Assembly: GCA_030586555.1 (NCBI GenBank)
Contig: JAURAC010000011.1
Coordinates: 17,604 to 81,603 of the forward strand
DNA length: 64,000 nt
Reading direction: 5' to 3'
Source of the DNA: Candidatus Subterrananammoxibius californiae
GTDB lineage: Bacteria > Planctomycetota > Brocadiia > Brocadiales > Subterrananammoxibiaceae
Each line of letters opens with the position of its first letter. The stretch's first letter is position 1. Both the position numbers and the translations under genes were made by a program. Shown here one piece after another: positions 38,576-48,378 of the stretch. The notes under the pieces are model-generated. The model was given only the letters and a program-made list of their open reading frames with translations. It had not been told where the DNA came from and made no database searches.

Positions 38576-38856
38576 AAGATCTTCACGATGTCATAGAGCA
38601 TATTGCTGAAGATTCTCAAATTTATGCCGAAAGATTTGGTATCCGTGTAGTCGAAGCTCCGAGGCGCTTGGTGCAGTTTCCTTATTGTGGTCGTGTAGTT
38701 CCTGAATTTAAGGACGAGAATATTCGAGAACTAATCTATGGTTCTTATCGGATTATATATTTGATTCGGCAAGATGTATGTTATATTACAGCAATAATTC
38801 ATGGAAGTCGGGATATTTTACGCCATTTAAAACCCGGGGATTGGGACGTATCATAA
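38542..38856 (+). CDS. RelE/ParE-family toxin
   Basis: VIWTEPALKDL, FPYCGRVVPE, RELIYGSYRIIY, IIHGSRD. Confidence 0.85.
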   Translation: MAKVIWTEPALKDLHDVIEHIAEDSQIYAERFGIRVVEAPRRLVQFPYCGRVVPEFKDENIRELIYGSYRIIYLIRQDVCYITAIIHGSRDILRHLKPGDWDVS

Positions 38857-38883
38857 CAAGACTGTAAATAGGTTTGCATACAA

Positions 38884-40062
38884 ATGATATACCTTGACAA
38901 CGCTGCTACAACGTATCCTAAACCTGAATGCGTGTATGCAAAGATGGATGAGTTCTTCAGGAAGTGCGGGGCGAATCCTGGCAGGGCTGCTTATAAAACA
39001 GCCGTTGATTCAGGTCGTGAGATGGAGCAGACCCGGCATATCCTCGCAAAGTTCTTCGGCGTAAAGGATATTAACCGAATCATCTTTACGTTTAATGCTA
39101 CAGATGCCTTGAATATTGGTATTAAAGGTTTGTTGAGGCAGGGCGACCACGTAATCACTACTTATCTTGAACACAATTCCGTCTCTCGACCGCTGCAAGG
39201 GCTGGAAGAAAAGGGTGTAATTTCAGTGGCAAGAATTGAGCGGCAAAATGGTTCCTCCATTGATGCCGATGCGATAAAAAAAGCAATCACACCAAAAACA
39301 AAACTTGTTGTGCTCACACACGTCTCTAACGTCTTAGGTACGATTCAACCAATTGAGGAGATTGGCAGGCTCGTACGTGAAAAGGATTTGATATTCATGG
39401 TAGATGCGGCACAGTCGTCAGGCGTTTGCCATATAGACGTTGAGAAGCAGTGTATAGATTTACTTGCATTTACGGGCCATAAAGGGCTTTTTGGTCCCCC
39501 TGGAACGGGAGGGCTATTCGTGGGGGAGCGTGTTAATCTGGCGCCATTTAGAGAGGGGGGCACGGGTGTTGACCCTGAGTCCTTTTCCCAACCCGAAGCA
39601 TTTCCCCATAGGTTAGAAGGTGGAACGCCCAATTTTGTTGGAATCGTAGGTCTGCGGGCAGGTGTTGAGTTCGTTCTTAATGAAGGAATTGGTAAGATTA
39701 GGAAGCACGAAGAAAGACTTGCAAAAAAAATTGTCGAAGCGCTTGAGGGTGATGAGAGATTTTCTCTCTATGGGATAATCTCCCCCTATCCCCCTTTAGC
39801 AAAGGGGGGAGCAGAAGGGGGGATTGAAAAGGTTGGCATTGTATCTTTGAATGTCAGGAACCTGTCACCTTCTGAGGTAGGAGCAATGCTGGATAGCTCA
39901 TTTAACATAGCCGTTAGAACGGGCCTTCATTGCGCCCCGCTCGCCCACAAAAACATAGGGACTTTTCCTGATGGAACTGTTAGAATAAGCCCCGGGTACT
40001 TTAATACAGACGATGAAATAGAAGAGGCGATTACTGCACTAAAGAAAATTGCTGGCACATAG
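38884..40062 (+). CDS. Class V aminotransferase / cysteine desulfurase family
   Basis: YLDNAATT, EHNSV, DAAQ, TGHKGL, RTGLHCAP; in-frame palindrome insertion at ~39779-39825. Confidence 0.9.
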   Translation: MIYLDNAATTYPKPECVYAKMDEFFRKCGANPGRAAYKTAVDSGREMEQTRHILAKFFGVKDINRIIFTFNATDALNIGIKGLLRQGDHVITTYLEHNSVSRPLQGLEEKGVISVARIERQNGSSIDADAIKKAITPKTKLVVLTHVSNVLGTIQPIEEIGRLVREKDLIFMVDAAQSSGVCHIDVEKQCIDLLAFTGHKGLFGPPGTGGLFVGERVNLAPFREGGTGVDPESFSQPEAFPHRLEGGTPNFVGIVGLRAGVEFVLNEGIGKIRKHEERLAKKIVEALEGDERFSLYGIISPYPPLAKGGAEGGIEKVGIVSLNVRNLSPSEVGAMLDSSFNIAVRTGLHCAPLAHKNIGTFPDGTVRISPGYFNTDDEIEEAITALKKIAGT

Positions 40063-40125
40063 ATAACTATTTACACGGACAAACAAGTTTGTCCGTGCCA
40101 CCCTTAATACGGAGGATATACAAAT

Positions 40126-40623
40126 ATGTCTCCCACAGAGGCTGAAAAGGAAGCTATAGCCTTAAACAAGATTTTGTGCCCTTACGATTTTTCAGAAAGT
40201 TCCAGTTATGCGCTGAAATATGCCGTTGAATTCGCTTCCGCTTATAAGGCAAAGCTATATTTGTTACACGTGTTCGACATTCGAGCGTACGATTACGGCG
40301 AGCCAGTTTATGGCATAAGTGTCCCAACTAAGGATGCTATAAATACAATCAGGACAGAACTTGCAAACAGTATTCCTGAAAAAGTTAAGAAAGAATTGTC
40401 CGCCTCAGGCGGATTAGAAGCAATAGTTGCTTCTGGCGTCCCTTTTTATGAGATTATTAAATTTGCTAATGACAATAAGATAGACCTTATTGTTATGGGC
40501 ACGCATGGCAGGACGGGTCTTGCCCATATACTGTTAGGCAGTGTGGCTGAGAAGGTTGTCCGAAAGGCTTCGTGCCCGGTCTTAACGGTACGGCATCCGG
40601 GCCAGGAATTTGTAAAAATTTGA
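40126..40623 (+). CDS. Universal stress protein
   Basis: ILCPYDFS, DLIVMGTHGRTG...GSVAEKVVRKASCPV. Confidence 0.92.
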   Translation: MSPTEAEKEAIALNKILCPYDFSESSSYALKYAVEFASAYKAKLYLLHVFDIRAYDYGEPVYGISVPTKDAINTIRTELANSIPEKVKKELSASGGLEAIVASGVPFYEIIKFANDNKIDLIVMGTHGRTGLAHILLGSVAEKVVRKASCPVLTVRHPGQEFVKI

Positions 40624-40648
40624 CAAAAAGGAAGGTATAAAAAAAACA

Positions 40649-41113
40649 ATGATAAAAATCGAGAAGATACTTTTCCCAACTGACTTTTCTAATTGTGCCA
40701 GGCACGCATTGGGATACGCCCTTGAATTTGCTGAGCAATATAAGGCAAAATTGTTTATCATACACGTCGTGCCTAATGTCTATCTTCCAACAAATATGAC
40801 AGGCTTATCTGTTCCGCTTTCCAAGCTTTACGGCGAAATGGAGCGCAATGCTAAGGAAAGGATAAAGAAGCTCGTCCCTAAAAGGTTTCTTGAAAAAATA
40901 GAGATTGAGAACATTGTTGTACGAGGCACCCCTTTTCTTGAGATTATTAAAAAGGCAAAGGAGCATGAGGTTGACCTTATAGTTATATCTACCCATGGTT
41001 GGACGGGTCTGAAACAGGCTATATTTGGCAGCACAGCAGAGAAGGTTGTTCGGAAGTCCCCATGTCCTGTTTTAACGGTGCGCTATCCGGAACACGAATT
41101 CGTTATGCCGTAA
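40649..41113 (+). CDS. Universal stress protein (tandem paralog)
   Basis: ILFPTDFS, DLIVISTHG, GSTAEKVVRKSPCPV. Confidence 0.92.
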   Translation: MIKIEKILFPTDFSNCARHALGYALEFAEQYKAKLFIIHVVPNVYLPTNMTGLSVPLSKLYGEMERNAKERIKKLVPKRFLEKIEIENIVVRGTPFLEIIKKAKEHEVDLIVISTHGWTGLKQAIFGSTAEKVVRKSPCPVLTVRYPEHEFVMP

Positions 41114-41158
41114 GACGCAATCCAGAATTATAGTAATAAAGGTAATGCATAATAAACC

Positions 41159-41899
41159 GTGCAGAGATTAATTGGCATTGTTAGTTTTCTTTTCCTTATG
41201 TTAGACATTAAGTTGATGACCATGCTAAATTTATTTTTCTTTTATCCCTTTACCTCTAATTTTATGGTTCCACCTGTGCAGGATATTATACCCATCGCCA
41301 CTTTTACCGATGAAGAAGTTGCAAAAGGTGAACCCATAGGTTGGAAGAGCCATAAGGGTATCTGCCGGAAGATAAATAATAGGATTATGCCTAAAGTAGT
41401 TGAATTAGAGGGTAAAAGGGTGCTCTATGTTAATGCTAACGATAATGGTACAATCCTCTTTAAACCTGTGCACGCTGACCCTAAGGAATTTCAGTTCCTA
41501 AGTTGGAAATGGAAGGTGTCTAACATCCTCCCAAGTAGCAGGGAAAAAGAAGAGGGTAAGGACGATTATCCTGCCATAGTTTGTGTAGTCTATGGTAAGA
41601 CCTTTCTTTCAATACCATACAGTTACAAAATACTGATTTACGCCTACGGAAATAACTTGCCAGTAGGGGAACGATTTGAAAGCCCATGTGAAAGCAGGGC
41701 AAGAATAATAATAGTCCAGAGCGGGGAAAAAGATACGGGGAAGTGGCTTACCTATAAGGTAAACCATTACAAGGATTATATCAAGGAGTTCGGGCAGGAG
41801 CCTCCTGAAATCATATATGTAGGCGTACAAACCAATGCAGACCGTACCCATGGAAATGTAGAGGCATGGTATTCAGATATTATCCTGAGTTTACGCTAA
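41159..41899 (+). CDS. DUF3047-like exported protein
   Basis: LSWKWKV, KDDYPA, VQSG...GKW, DY..EFG motifs; start uncertain. Confidence 0.6.
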   Translation: MQRLIGIVSFLFLMLDIKLMTMLNLFFFYPFTSNFMVPPVQDIIPIATFTDEEVAKGEPIGWKSHKGICRKINNRIMPKVVELEGKRVLYVNANDNGTILFKPVHADPKEFQFLSWKWKVSNILPSSREKEEGKDDYPAIVCVVYGKTFLSIPYSYKILIYAYGNNLPVGERFESPCESRARIIIVQSGEKDTGKWLTYKVNHYKDYIKEFGQEPPEIIYVGVQTNADRTHGNVEAWYSDIILSLR

Positions 41900-41933
41900 A
41901 AATAACGGCTCGCCTTTTAACACCCCATAAACC

Positions 41934-43463
41934 ATGAAAGAAATAATTGTTGACGGAAATAGTCTAACGTTGGAACAGGTGATAGCCGTTGCGAGAGGAA
42001 AGGCTGCCGTTTCGCTTTCAAAAGAGGCAGAACTGCGGGTAGAAAAGGCACGTGAGGTTGTACTACGGGCTGTCGAAGAAAAAAAGGTTGTATACGGTAT
42101 TACCACCGGTTTTGGCGCCTTAAGCGGCGTACCTATATCGAAAGAGCAAGCAAGGCAACTACAAATAAATATCCTGTTGAGCCACGCCGCTGGCGTGGGG
42201 AACGCCTTTGATGAGGAGACTGTGCGGGCAATAATGCTCCTCAGGATTAACAGTCTTGCAAAGGGCTATTCAGGCATAAGGTTAAGAACGTTAAAAACCT
42301 TCCTGGAAATGTTAAACAAGGGGGTGCACCCAGTCATTCCTGAGAAGGGTTCTGTAGGCGCAAGCGGCGACCTCGCCCCGCTTGCCCATCTGGCGCTGGT
42401 TATGATAGGAGAAGGCAAGGCATTCTTCCGGGATGAATTACTGGATGGCAAGGAGGCAATATCATGCGCAAATATTGCACCCGTGCAGCTTGAGGAAGGC
42501 GAGGGACTTGCACTGATTAATGGCACTCAGGTCATGACAGCTATAGGGGCGCTGACGGTCTATGACTCAATTAATTTGCTGAAGACGGCAGATATTGCCG
42601 CAGGGATGAGCCTTGAAGTGCTCATGGGTTCAAACATTGAGCTGAATCCACGGATTCATGAGGTGAGACCTCATAAGGGACAGGCAATCTGCGCGGAAAA
42701 TATCAGGAGGATTACAAAGGATAGCGCAATAATATCCTCACATAAGGACTGCTCAAGGGTTCAGGATGCGTATACAATAAGATGCTGCCCACAGGTGCAG
42801 GGGGCATCTAAGGATGCTCTTGATTACGCAAGGCGTGTTATTGAAACAGAAATGAACTCGGCTACTGATAATCCCCTTGTATTTCCAGAGCTTGACCTTA
42901 TCCTCACAGGTGGAAATTTTCACGGGCAGCCTGTTGCTCTGGCGCTGGACTTCCTTTGTATGGCGCTATCCGAAATCGGGAATATTTCTGAAAGGAGGAC
43001 AGAGAGGCTCGTCAACCCACAGTTGAGCGGACTACCAGCATTCCTTGTAAAAGACCCCGGGCTCAACTCTGGTTTTATGCTTGCTCAATACACGGCTGCA
43101 GCGCTTGTCTCTGAAAATAAGGTGTTGGCTCATCCGGCATGTGTGGACTCCATACCAACATCTGCCAACAAGGAAGACCATGTGAGCATGGGCACAATAT
43201 CTGCCCGAAAATGCAGGGAGATTATGAGACATGCAGAATATATTGTCTCTATTGAATTACTATGCGCTGCGCAAGCGCTCGACCTTTTTACAAACCTGAA
43301 ACCCGGTCTCGGCACGCTGGAGGCATACAAGACAATTCGCAAGCATATTCCACATCTTGATAACGATAGGATTATCTCTAAGGATATTGAAACAATGCAA
43401 TATCTCCTCCATAGCAGGACAATTTTATCCAGTGTTGAGGAAAAGATAGGCTTACTTCTTTGA
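41934..43463 (+). CDS. hutH: Histidine ammonia-lyase
   Basis: VYGITTGFG, GSVGASGDLAPL (MIO), GNFHG, EDHVSMG. Confidence 0.94.
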   Translation: MKEIIVDGNSLTLEQVIAVARGKAAVSLSKEAELRVEKAREVVLRAVEEKKVVYGITTGFGALSGVPISKEQARQLQINILLSHAAGVGNAFDEETVRAIMLLRINSLAKGYSGIRLRTLKTFLEMLNKGVHPVIPEKGSVGASGDLAPLAHLALVMIGEGKAFFRDELLDGKEAISCANIAPVQLEEGEGLALINGTQVMTAIGALTVYDSINLLKTADIAAGMSLEVLMGSNIELNPRIHEVRPHKGQAICAENIRRITKDSAIISSHKDCSRVQDAYTIRCCPQVQGASKDALDYARRVIETEMNSATDNPLVFPELDLILTGGNFHGQPVALALDFLCMALSEIGNISERRTERLVNPQLSGLPAFLVKDPGLNSGFMLAQYTAAALVSENKVLAHPACVDSIPTSANKEDHVSMGTISARKCREIMRHAEYIVSIELLCAAQALDLFTNLKPGLGTLEAYKTIRKHIPHLDNDRIISKDIETMQYLLHSRTILSSVEEKIGLLL

Positions 43464-43571
43464 AAAGAAGTTTGCCTGAGGCGGACTGACTGGAAATGGT
43501 TTGGTCTAAATGCCTGAAGTATCCTACGCTAAAGCTACGGAATACTAAAACCTGCTTAGGGGAAAATTTGA

Positions 43572-43600
43572 TTGACGAACACAGAACCTTATAGTATACT
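43572..43600 (+). promoter_or_regulatory. Sigma70-type promoter of TA pair
   Basis: TTGACG-17bp-TATACT. Confidence 0.65.
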
Positions 43601-43638
43601 GATTTGTAGAGATACGGTAAAACAGATAATCAGTACAA

Positions 43639-43947
43639 ATGGAGGTTAATATGAAGAATAGAGCGGTTGTCTCTGAAAGAGGCACAATTACTATACCAGA
43701 GGCAATAAGAAAGTTGTCTCATATACAGCCCGGAGATTTAATCGAATTTAAGCCTGAAAACGATAAGATTATATTAAAGCGCCTTATTGTAAAACGTCCC
43801 GATGAAGATGCTTTTATGAGCAATAACGAGTGGAATAAGTTTGATAAATTAGTGCAAAAACAATTAAAAAAAGGTGAATACAGGAGTTATACCGATTTGG
43901 ACAAAGCAAGGGGACATTCCCGTAACTTGATGCGTAGAAAACAATAA
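43639..43947 (+). CDS. AbrB/MazE-type antitoxin
   Basis: VSERGTITIPEAIRK...PGDLIEF. Confidence 0.8.
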   Translation: MEVNMKNRAVVSERGTITIPEAIRKLSHIQPGDLIEFKPENDKIILKRLIVKRPDEDAFMSNNEWNKFDKLVQKQLKKGEYRSYTDLDKARGHSRNLMRRKQ

Positions 43948-43956
43948 TATTTAACC

Positions 43957-44232
43957 GTGATTATACATTATCTAAAATCTTATGACCGCTCCTTTAAAAG
44001 ATTAGATAAGCCAATTCAAGAAAAGACCATATCAGCTATTGATAGTTTATTAGAATTCATTCAAACCCATCAAAAGCCAAAAGGTTTGGGACTAAAGAAG
44101 GTTTATAAAAGCTATTGGGAAATAAGGATAGATATCAAAAATAGGATATTATTTGAATTAAGCGGTAATATAATAAACATTGCATTTGTTGGCGACCATG
44201 ATGCGGTAAGGGCATTCCTGAAAGGCACTTGA
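43957..44232 (+). CDS. RelE-like toxin
   Basis: SYDRSFKRL, GLGLKK, WEIRID..NRILF, VGDHD. Confidence 0.7.
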   Translation: MIIHYLKSYDRSFKRLDKPIQEKTISAIDSLLEFIQTHQKPKGLGLKKVYKSYWEIRIDIKNRILFELSGNIINIAFVGDHDAVRAFLKGT

Positions 44233-44378
44233 TTAAGTTGCCTGTTCCGCCGGTTCAATCTTGGCCAGCCGAGGTGGAGAAGAATCTCATTAGGATTGTT
44301 CGCCACGGCAAATCTGCCTTAGGCACGACTTCTGCTACGCCTCGTAGTGACAACCTTTTTAATTTTCTATTTGGTTTT

Positions 44379-45368
44379 TCAAAAAGGTAATCGCCATAAT
44401 AGACGATGAAACCAGTGGCTTCTTGGACGCATCTTTATATATTGCTTCATTTCATCCGCCTGAGGCGAACTGTTAATATAAGCAATGAAGAACCTTAGTT
44501 TGTCTGTCTTGCTTGGCATTAAGGATTCGTGACCCCCTCTCCCTAACCCTCCCCCTCGAGGGGGAAGGAAAGGGCGGGGGTGGATTTCCTTTAACTTTTC
44601 AACAGACCTATCAAGACGACTTAAATTTCGCATCCTCAGCTTTGTACTCATCAAATCCATTGTTTTAGCTTTATCCATATCAATAATGTATGCTTTAAAT
44701 TTACACACCCCTCTTTCCCCCGACCCAAGCACTGCTTGGGTGCCCCGAAGAGGGGATGGGGGCGTGTCACCTGAGGTGGATTGAATCAGGATATTCTTCA
44801 GGTGTAAATCAGTATGATATAGCCCTGCATCGTGCATCTTTCTGATGGTTTGTGCAATGGTCTCTATGATTTTTTTCCTTTCAGGATGTAGGGGCGTATT
44901 GCAATACGCCCCTACGAACCGTTGAAGAGGATTAGTCAGGAATTCAACAAGGTCTAAACTATCAGGAATCTCCTTTGAAAGTACATCGTACCGGTAAAAT
45001 GTGCCAAAAATCTTGTGCTTTATTACTGCTATAACCTCGGCGGTATTTACGCCTCTTTCAATTGCAGTTTCAGTTGCAATTAATTCATTCATGAAGCGGT
45101 TTCTTTTACAGTACATATCACCTGCAATATATCCAAATAACCCTCCATGCCTCGAATGCTTGATTATTATCCTTTCGTCAGCCAGTTCCGGAATATGAAT
45201 TACGGCGTGCGGTTCCCTGCCAGAACGAATACTGCCCTTCTCTAATGCCTCTTTGCGCAAGGAATCTATATCAAGATTTAGCAAAATATCCTTGTAGTTG
45301 TTTTTTACGTAAAAGGTAGTTTCCCCTTGCTTGATAGTAGAGAAAGAGGCTAACAAATTCTCTGGCAT
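44379..45368 (-). CDS. Kdo/LPS kinase (KdkA/InaA-like) with in-frame repeat insertions
   Basis: KHSRHGG, HDAGLYHTDLHLKNIL, IIDMDKA, NLSRLDRS. Confidence 0.8.
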   Translation of the reverse strand: MPENLLASFSTIKQGETTFYVKNNYKDILLNLDIDSLRKEALEKGSIRSGREPHAVIHIPELADERIIIKHSRHGGLFGYIAGDMYCKRNRFMNELIATETAIERGVNTAEVIAVIKHKIFGTFYRYDVLSKEIPDSLDLVEFLTNPLQRFVGAYCNTPLHPERKKIIETIAQTIRKMHDAGLYHTDLHLKNILIQSTSGDTPPSPLRGTQAVLGSGERGVCKFKAYIIDMDKAKTMDLMSTKLRMRNLSRLDRSVEKLKEIHPRPFLPPRGGGLGRGGHESLMPSKTDKLRFFIAYINSSPQADEMKQYIKMRPRSHWFHRLLWRLPF

Positions 45369-45441
45369 AGAAGGATTATAAGGTGGGAACTAAGGAATGT
45401 CAATGCAGTTGTAGGGGTAGGGTTACCCTGTCCCTACAACT

Positions 45442-47223
45442 TTATTCGCACTGGAAGTTCGTATCGTTTACCTTCTCGCCGCTACTAAGAACTATAGTTT
45501 TTGTGTCTCCGCCTGGACAACCCCTCACCCATATTTCATACGTTCCATACGGAAGATTAACGAAACGATAACAGCCATTACCTTCTGTTTTAGTCCCCTT
45601 GCTTATCTTCGGTCTTATCGGGGATGTTCTTTTTAATTTTACTACCTTTTCTATAAGAGGCTGATTTTCAAGATTAGTTACAGTGCCAGATATACAGCCA
45701 TTAAGACTATTAGCACGACACTGGCATACAAAGGTCGTAGTGGAAGTAGACGTGGTCGTTACTGTAGTTGTTGTAGTAGTTGAAGAAGTTGTCATAGTTG
45801 AGTTAGAGCTACTATATTCGTAAGCGCCGATGTCTGGTTGCACATCACGTGCAAAACCTTGCAGGTCATCATTTGGGGCGTCAGTAGAACTACCAGTATC
45901 AATGGCTGGGCTGCCCGATTGCAGGTGATAATCCCCGTTCTCTCCCCATGCCGGTGCTATGAATAAGAGGTCACCGTACAGATTGCCTTCTCCGAGGGTC
46001 CCAATGTTATTCTGGGTGTAAATGTTATCTCCGTGGATGAGCACGATGTCGTTGTCAGGAAGGTAAAACAGGTTGTGGTCGGCAGTAAGCTGTACATTAT
46101 CCCTAATCCAGATTGGGGAATTGGTTCCCATACCGCAGAAGATTGAGTTGCGAATGGTGAGATTAATTGGAACTGGCAGGTCATACTGTACATAAGCAAG
46201 GTAGTTATTGCCGAGAAAGTCATCCACAGTAACATTGATGAGTGAAAAGCTGTCATTAGCCTGATTGCTATCAATGACCACTGCCGCCCAGGGGGTTGTT
46301 GTCGGATTGCCATCCCCTCTGCCGTAAATGAGGGTGTTCTCCACGAGTGAGCCGCCGCCCCAGAGCTTGACGCCATCGCAGGAATTATTTGCCACGATGC
46401 AGCGGCGAATAGTGGTATTTGATGCCTTTGAGTCCAGCCCATCACCATAATTATGTTTGGCAATGGTGTCCACAATTTCTATAGGTCCTACTGATGGCTC
46501 AATGCCAAACCCATCTGGACGGTCGTATGGGCGGTTGGAACCGTCGCCTCCCTGGTAGTAATGCCCGCTGTACGACAGGCTGCAACCTTGGATGCTCACA
46601 TTGCGCCAGCCTCCCTGCGAGCCAGCCGGTCCGCCCACTGCTCCGAACCCGCAGTATTCAATCTGACAATTGATTATTTGCATGTTCTGAACATCCTGGA
46701 CGTTTATTCCGAACTCGTCCAAGTGATGGATATAAAGATCTTTTAAAATAATAGAGCTGCACGGCGCATCCACAAAATCCAAGCCATCGCGGAAGTACAG
46801 GCGTCTGCCTGTAGTCTGGTCATCATGGGTAATCTCCAGATTCTCTATGCGAATATAGCTTAACCCGGAAAGGTAGATAGCACCGAAGAGGTTATCCCTT
46901 CCAGCTAAAATCGGACGTTGACCATCTTCGCCCCGAATCGTAATCCACTGAGAAACCGCCCCGGATGGAGGCGTAACCATGTCATCATAGAACTGGCTCA
47001 GGACGTAGCGCCCGCCTCTGATAATAAGTGTATCGCCTGGTTGCAACTGCTTGGACCCATAACCCGGCGTCGCCCATGGCTGGTCAATTGAGCCTGGATT
47101 AGCATTGTTCCCGTTAGGCGCTACATAATACGTAGTGCACCATGCTCCTGCGGTATGGAGCCAAAGAGCCATACATATGCCAATTGCAGACCAAGAACCG
47201 AATTGAAAGCTTTGCTTTATCAT
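45442..47223 (-). CDS. Secreted right-handed beta-helix protein with Thr-rich linker and C-terminal beta-sandwich
   Basis: Signal peptide, YYVAPNG..NPGS..PWAT, PGD..IIRGG.Y, DYHLQSGSPAIDTG...PDIGAYE, poly-T/S linker, ISGTV...G.Y.F.NL..GTY. Confidence 0.75.
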   Translation of the reverse strand: MIKQSFQFGSWSAIGICMALWLHTAGAWCTTYYVAPNGNNANPGSIDQPWATPGYGSKQLQPGDTLIIRGGRYVLSQFYDDMVTPPSGAVSQWITIRGEDGQRPILAGRDNLFGAIYLSGLSYIRIENLEITHDDQTTGRRLYFRDGLDFVDAPCSSIILKDLYIHHLDEFGINVQDVQNMQIINCQIEYCGFGAVGGPAGSQGGWRNVSIQGCSLSYSGHYYQGGDGSNRPYDRPDGFGIEPSVGPIEIVDTIAKHNYGDGLDSKASNTTIRRCIVANNSCDGVKLWGGGSLVENTLIYGRGDGNPTTTPWAAVVIDSNQANDSFSLINVTVDDFLGNNYLAYVQYDLPVPINLTIRNSIFCGMGTNSPIWIRDNVQLTADHNLFYLPDNDIVLIHGDNIYTQNNIGTLGEGNLYGDLLFIAPAWGENGDYHLQSGSPAIDTGSSTDAPNDDLQGFARDVQPDIGAYEYSSSNSTMTTSSTTTTTTVTTTSTSTTTFVCQCRANSLNGCISGTVTNLENQPLIEKVVKLKRTSPIRPKISKGTKTEGNGCYRFVNLPYGTYEIWVRGCPGGDTKTIVLSSGEKVNDTNFQCE

Positions 47224-47341
47224 TTTTCCTTAATTTTTAGATTGAGCAAAAAAAGTGCCATTCCTCGTGGGAAAGCCTTATTAATGAGAATATAAGATTT
47301 TTGGCTTATGTAGAGATGCAACGCATGGTGTCTCTACCTAC

Positions 47342-48361
47342 TTAAAATGATGGAACGGCAATATTTTCTGACTTCTTTTCGAGGGCTTTAAGGTGCTTTA
47401 GCACATCAGCCGTCAGGGAGGTGTAAGCATCGGAAGAATTTTTCAGAAATGCACAATAATGAACAATAGCCTCATCAATACTGCCAAGCTCTTCAAGTAT
47501 AAGAGCGAGGTTGTAATGCGCTTCATGGAATTCCCCGTTCAAATTCAAGGCTTTTAAGAGCAAATCCCTTGCCTTTTCAAGCTCTCCCCTTTCCTGATAT
47601 ATTATAGCGAGATTGGTAAGCGCATGCACATTTTCAGGTTCTTTCTCTAAGACCACATCAAACTCCATACCTGCCGCTTCAAGACGCCCCTGTCTGTAAA
47701 GGACAGTACCCATGTTACAGCGCGCCTTGTTATAGTCGGGCTTGCGTGAAACGGCTTTACGGTACGAAAGCAGCGCCTTATTGTACTCGCCCTTCTGCTG
47801 GTAAAGCAACCCCATATTATTGTGTGCTTCTGCATTCAACGAGTCTATTTTTAAAATACTCTCATATTCTTGAAGGGCTTTCGTTAATTCACCATTCTTT
47901 TGATAGAATATAGCCTTCTGGAAATGTTCAGTGATATTCTGTCTTTCCAGTGTATCCTCTACTTTAAGCAATTCCTTTCCATTTTCAGGGTTTGCTTCCC
48001 TCGGAACTAATGGTAAGCCAAACCCCACAACCTTAATTCTTTTCTCGTTCAGATGTTGTGTTTCTGCAGAAATATTATCAAGCCACGAATGTATTTCGTT
48101 AATCTGCTTTTTTACAGACTCCATTTCATCCTTCAGATAAACCCCCTCAGCCCTGATATTTTTAAATTCCTGCAAAACAGTGTTTAGCTTATATGAAAGT
48201 GTTTGTATCTCCCTATTAATATTCTCTTGTTGAGAAGCCAAAATATGCATCTCATCATAGTGATACTTTGCCTCTTTTTCCTGTGCAATGAAATTAAAGA
48301 AGAAAGCGGAGAGGAAAAGCATTACAATAGTGGTAATAAAGATAGAGGTGGGGAATTTCAT
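47342..48361 (-). CDS. Membrane-anchored TPR protein (MshN-like position)
   Basis: N-term TM, coiled coil, 5-6 TPR repeats (AHNNMG, ARCNMG, ALTNLA, AHYNLA). Confidence 0.8.
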   Translation of the reverse strand: MKFPTSIFITTIVMLFLSAFFFNFIAQEKEAKYHYDEMHILASQQENINREIQTLSYKLNTVLQEFKNIRAEGVYLKDEMESVKKQINEIHSWLDNISAETQHLNEKRIKVVGFGLPLVPREANPENGKELLKVEDTLERQNITEHFQKAIFYQKNGELTKALQEYESILKIDSLNAEAHNNMGLLYQQKGEYNKALLSYRKAVSRKPDYNKARCNMGTVLYRQGRLEAAGMEFDVVLEKEPENVHALTNLAIIYQERGELEKARDLLLKALNLNGEFHEAHYNLALILEELGSIDEAIVHYCAFLKNSSDAYTSLTADVLKHLKALEKKSENIAVPSF

Positions 48362-48378
48362 GCACCCTACGCCTTCTG

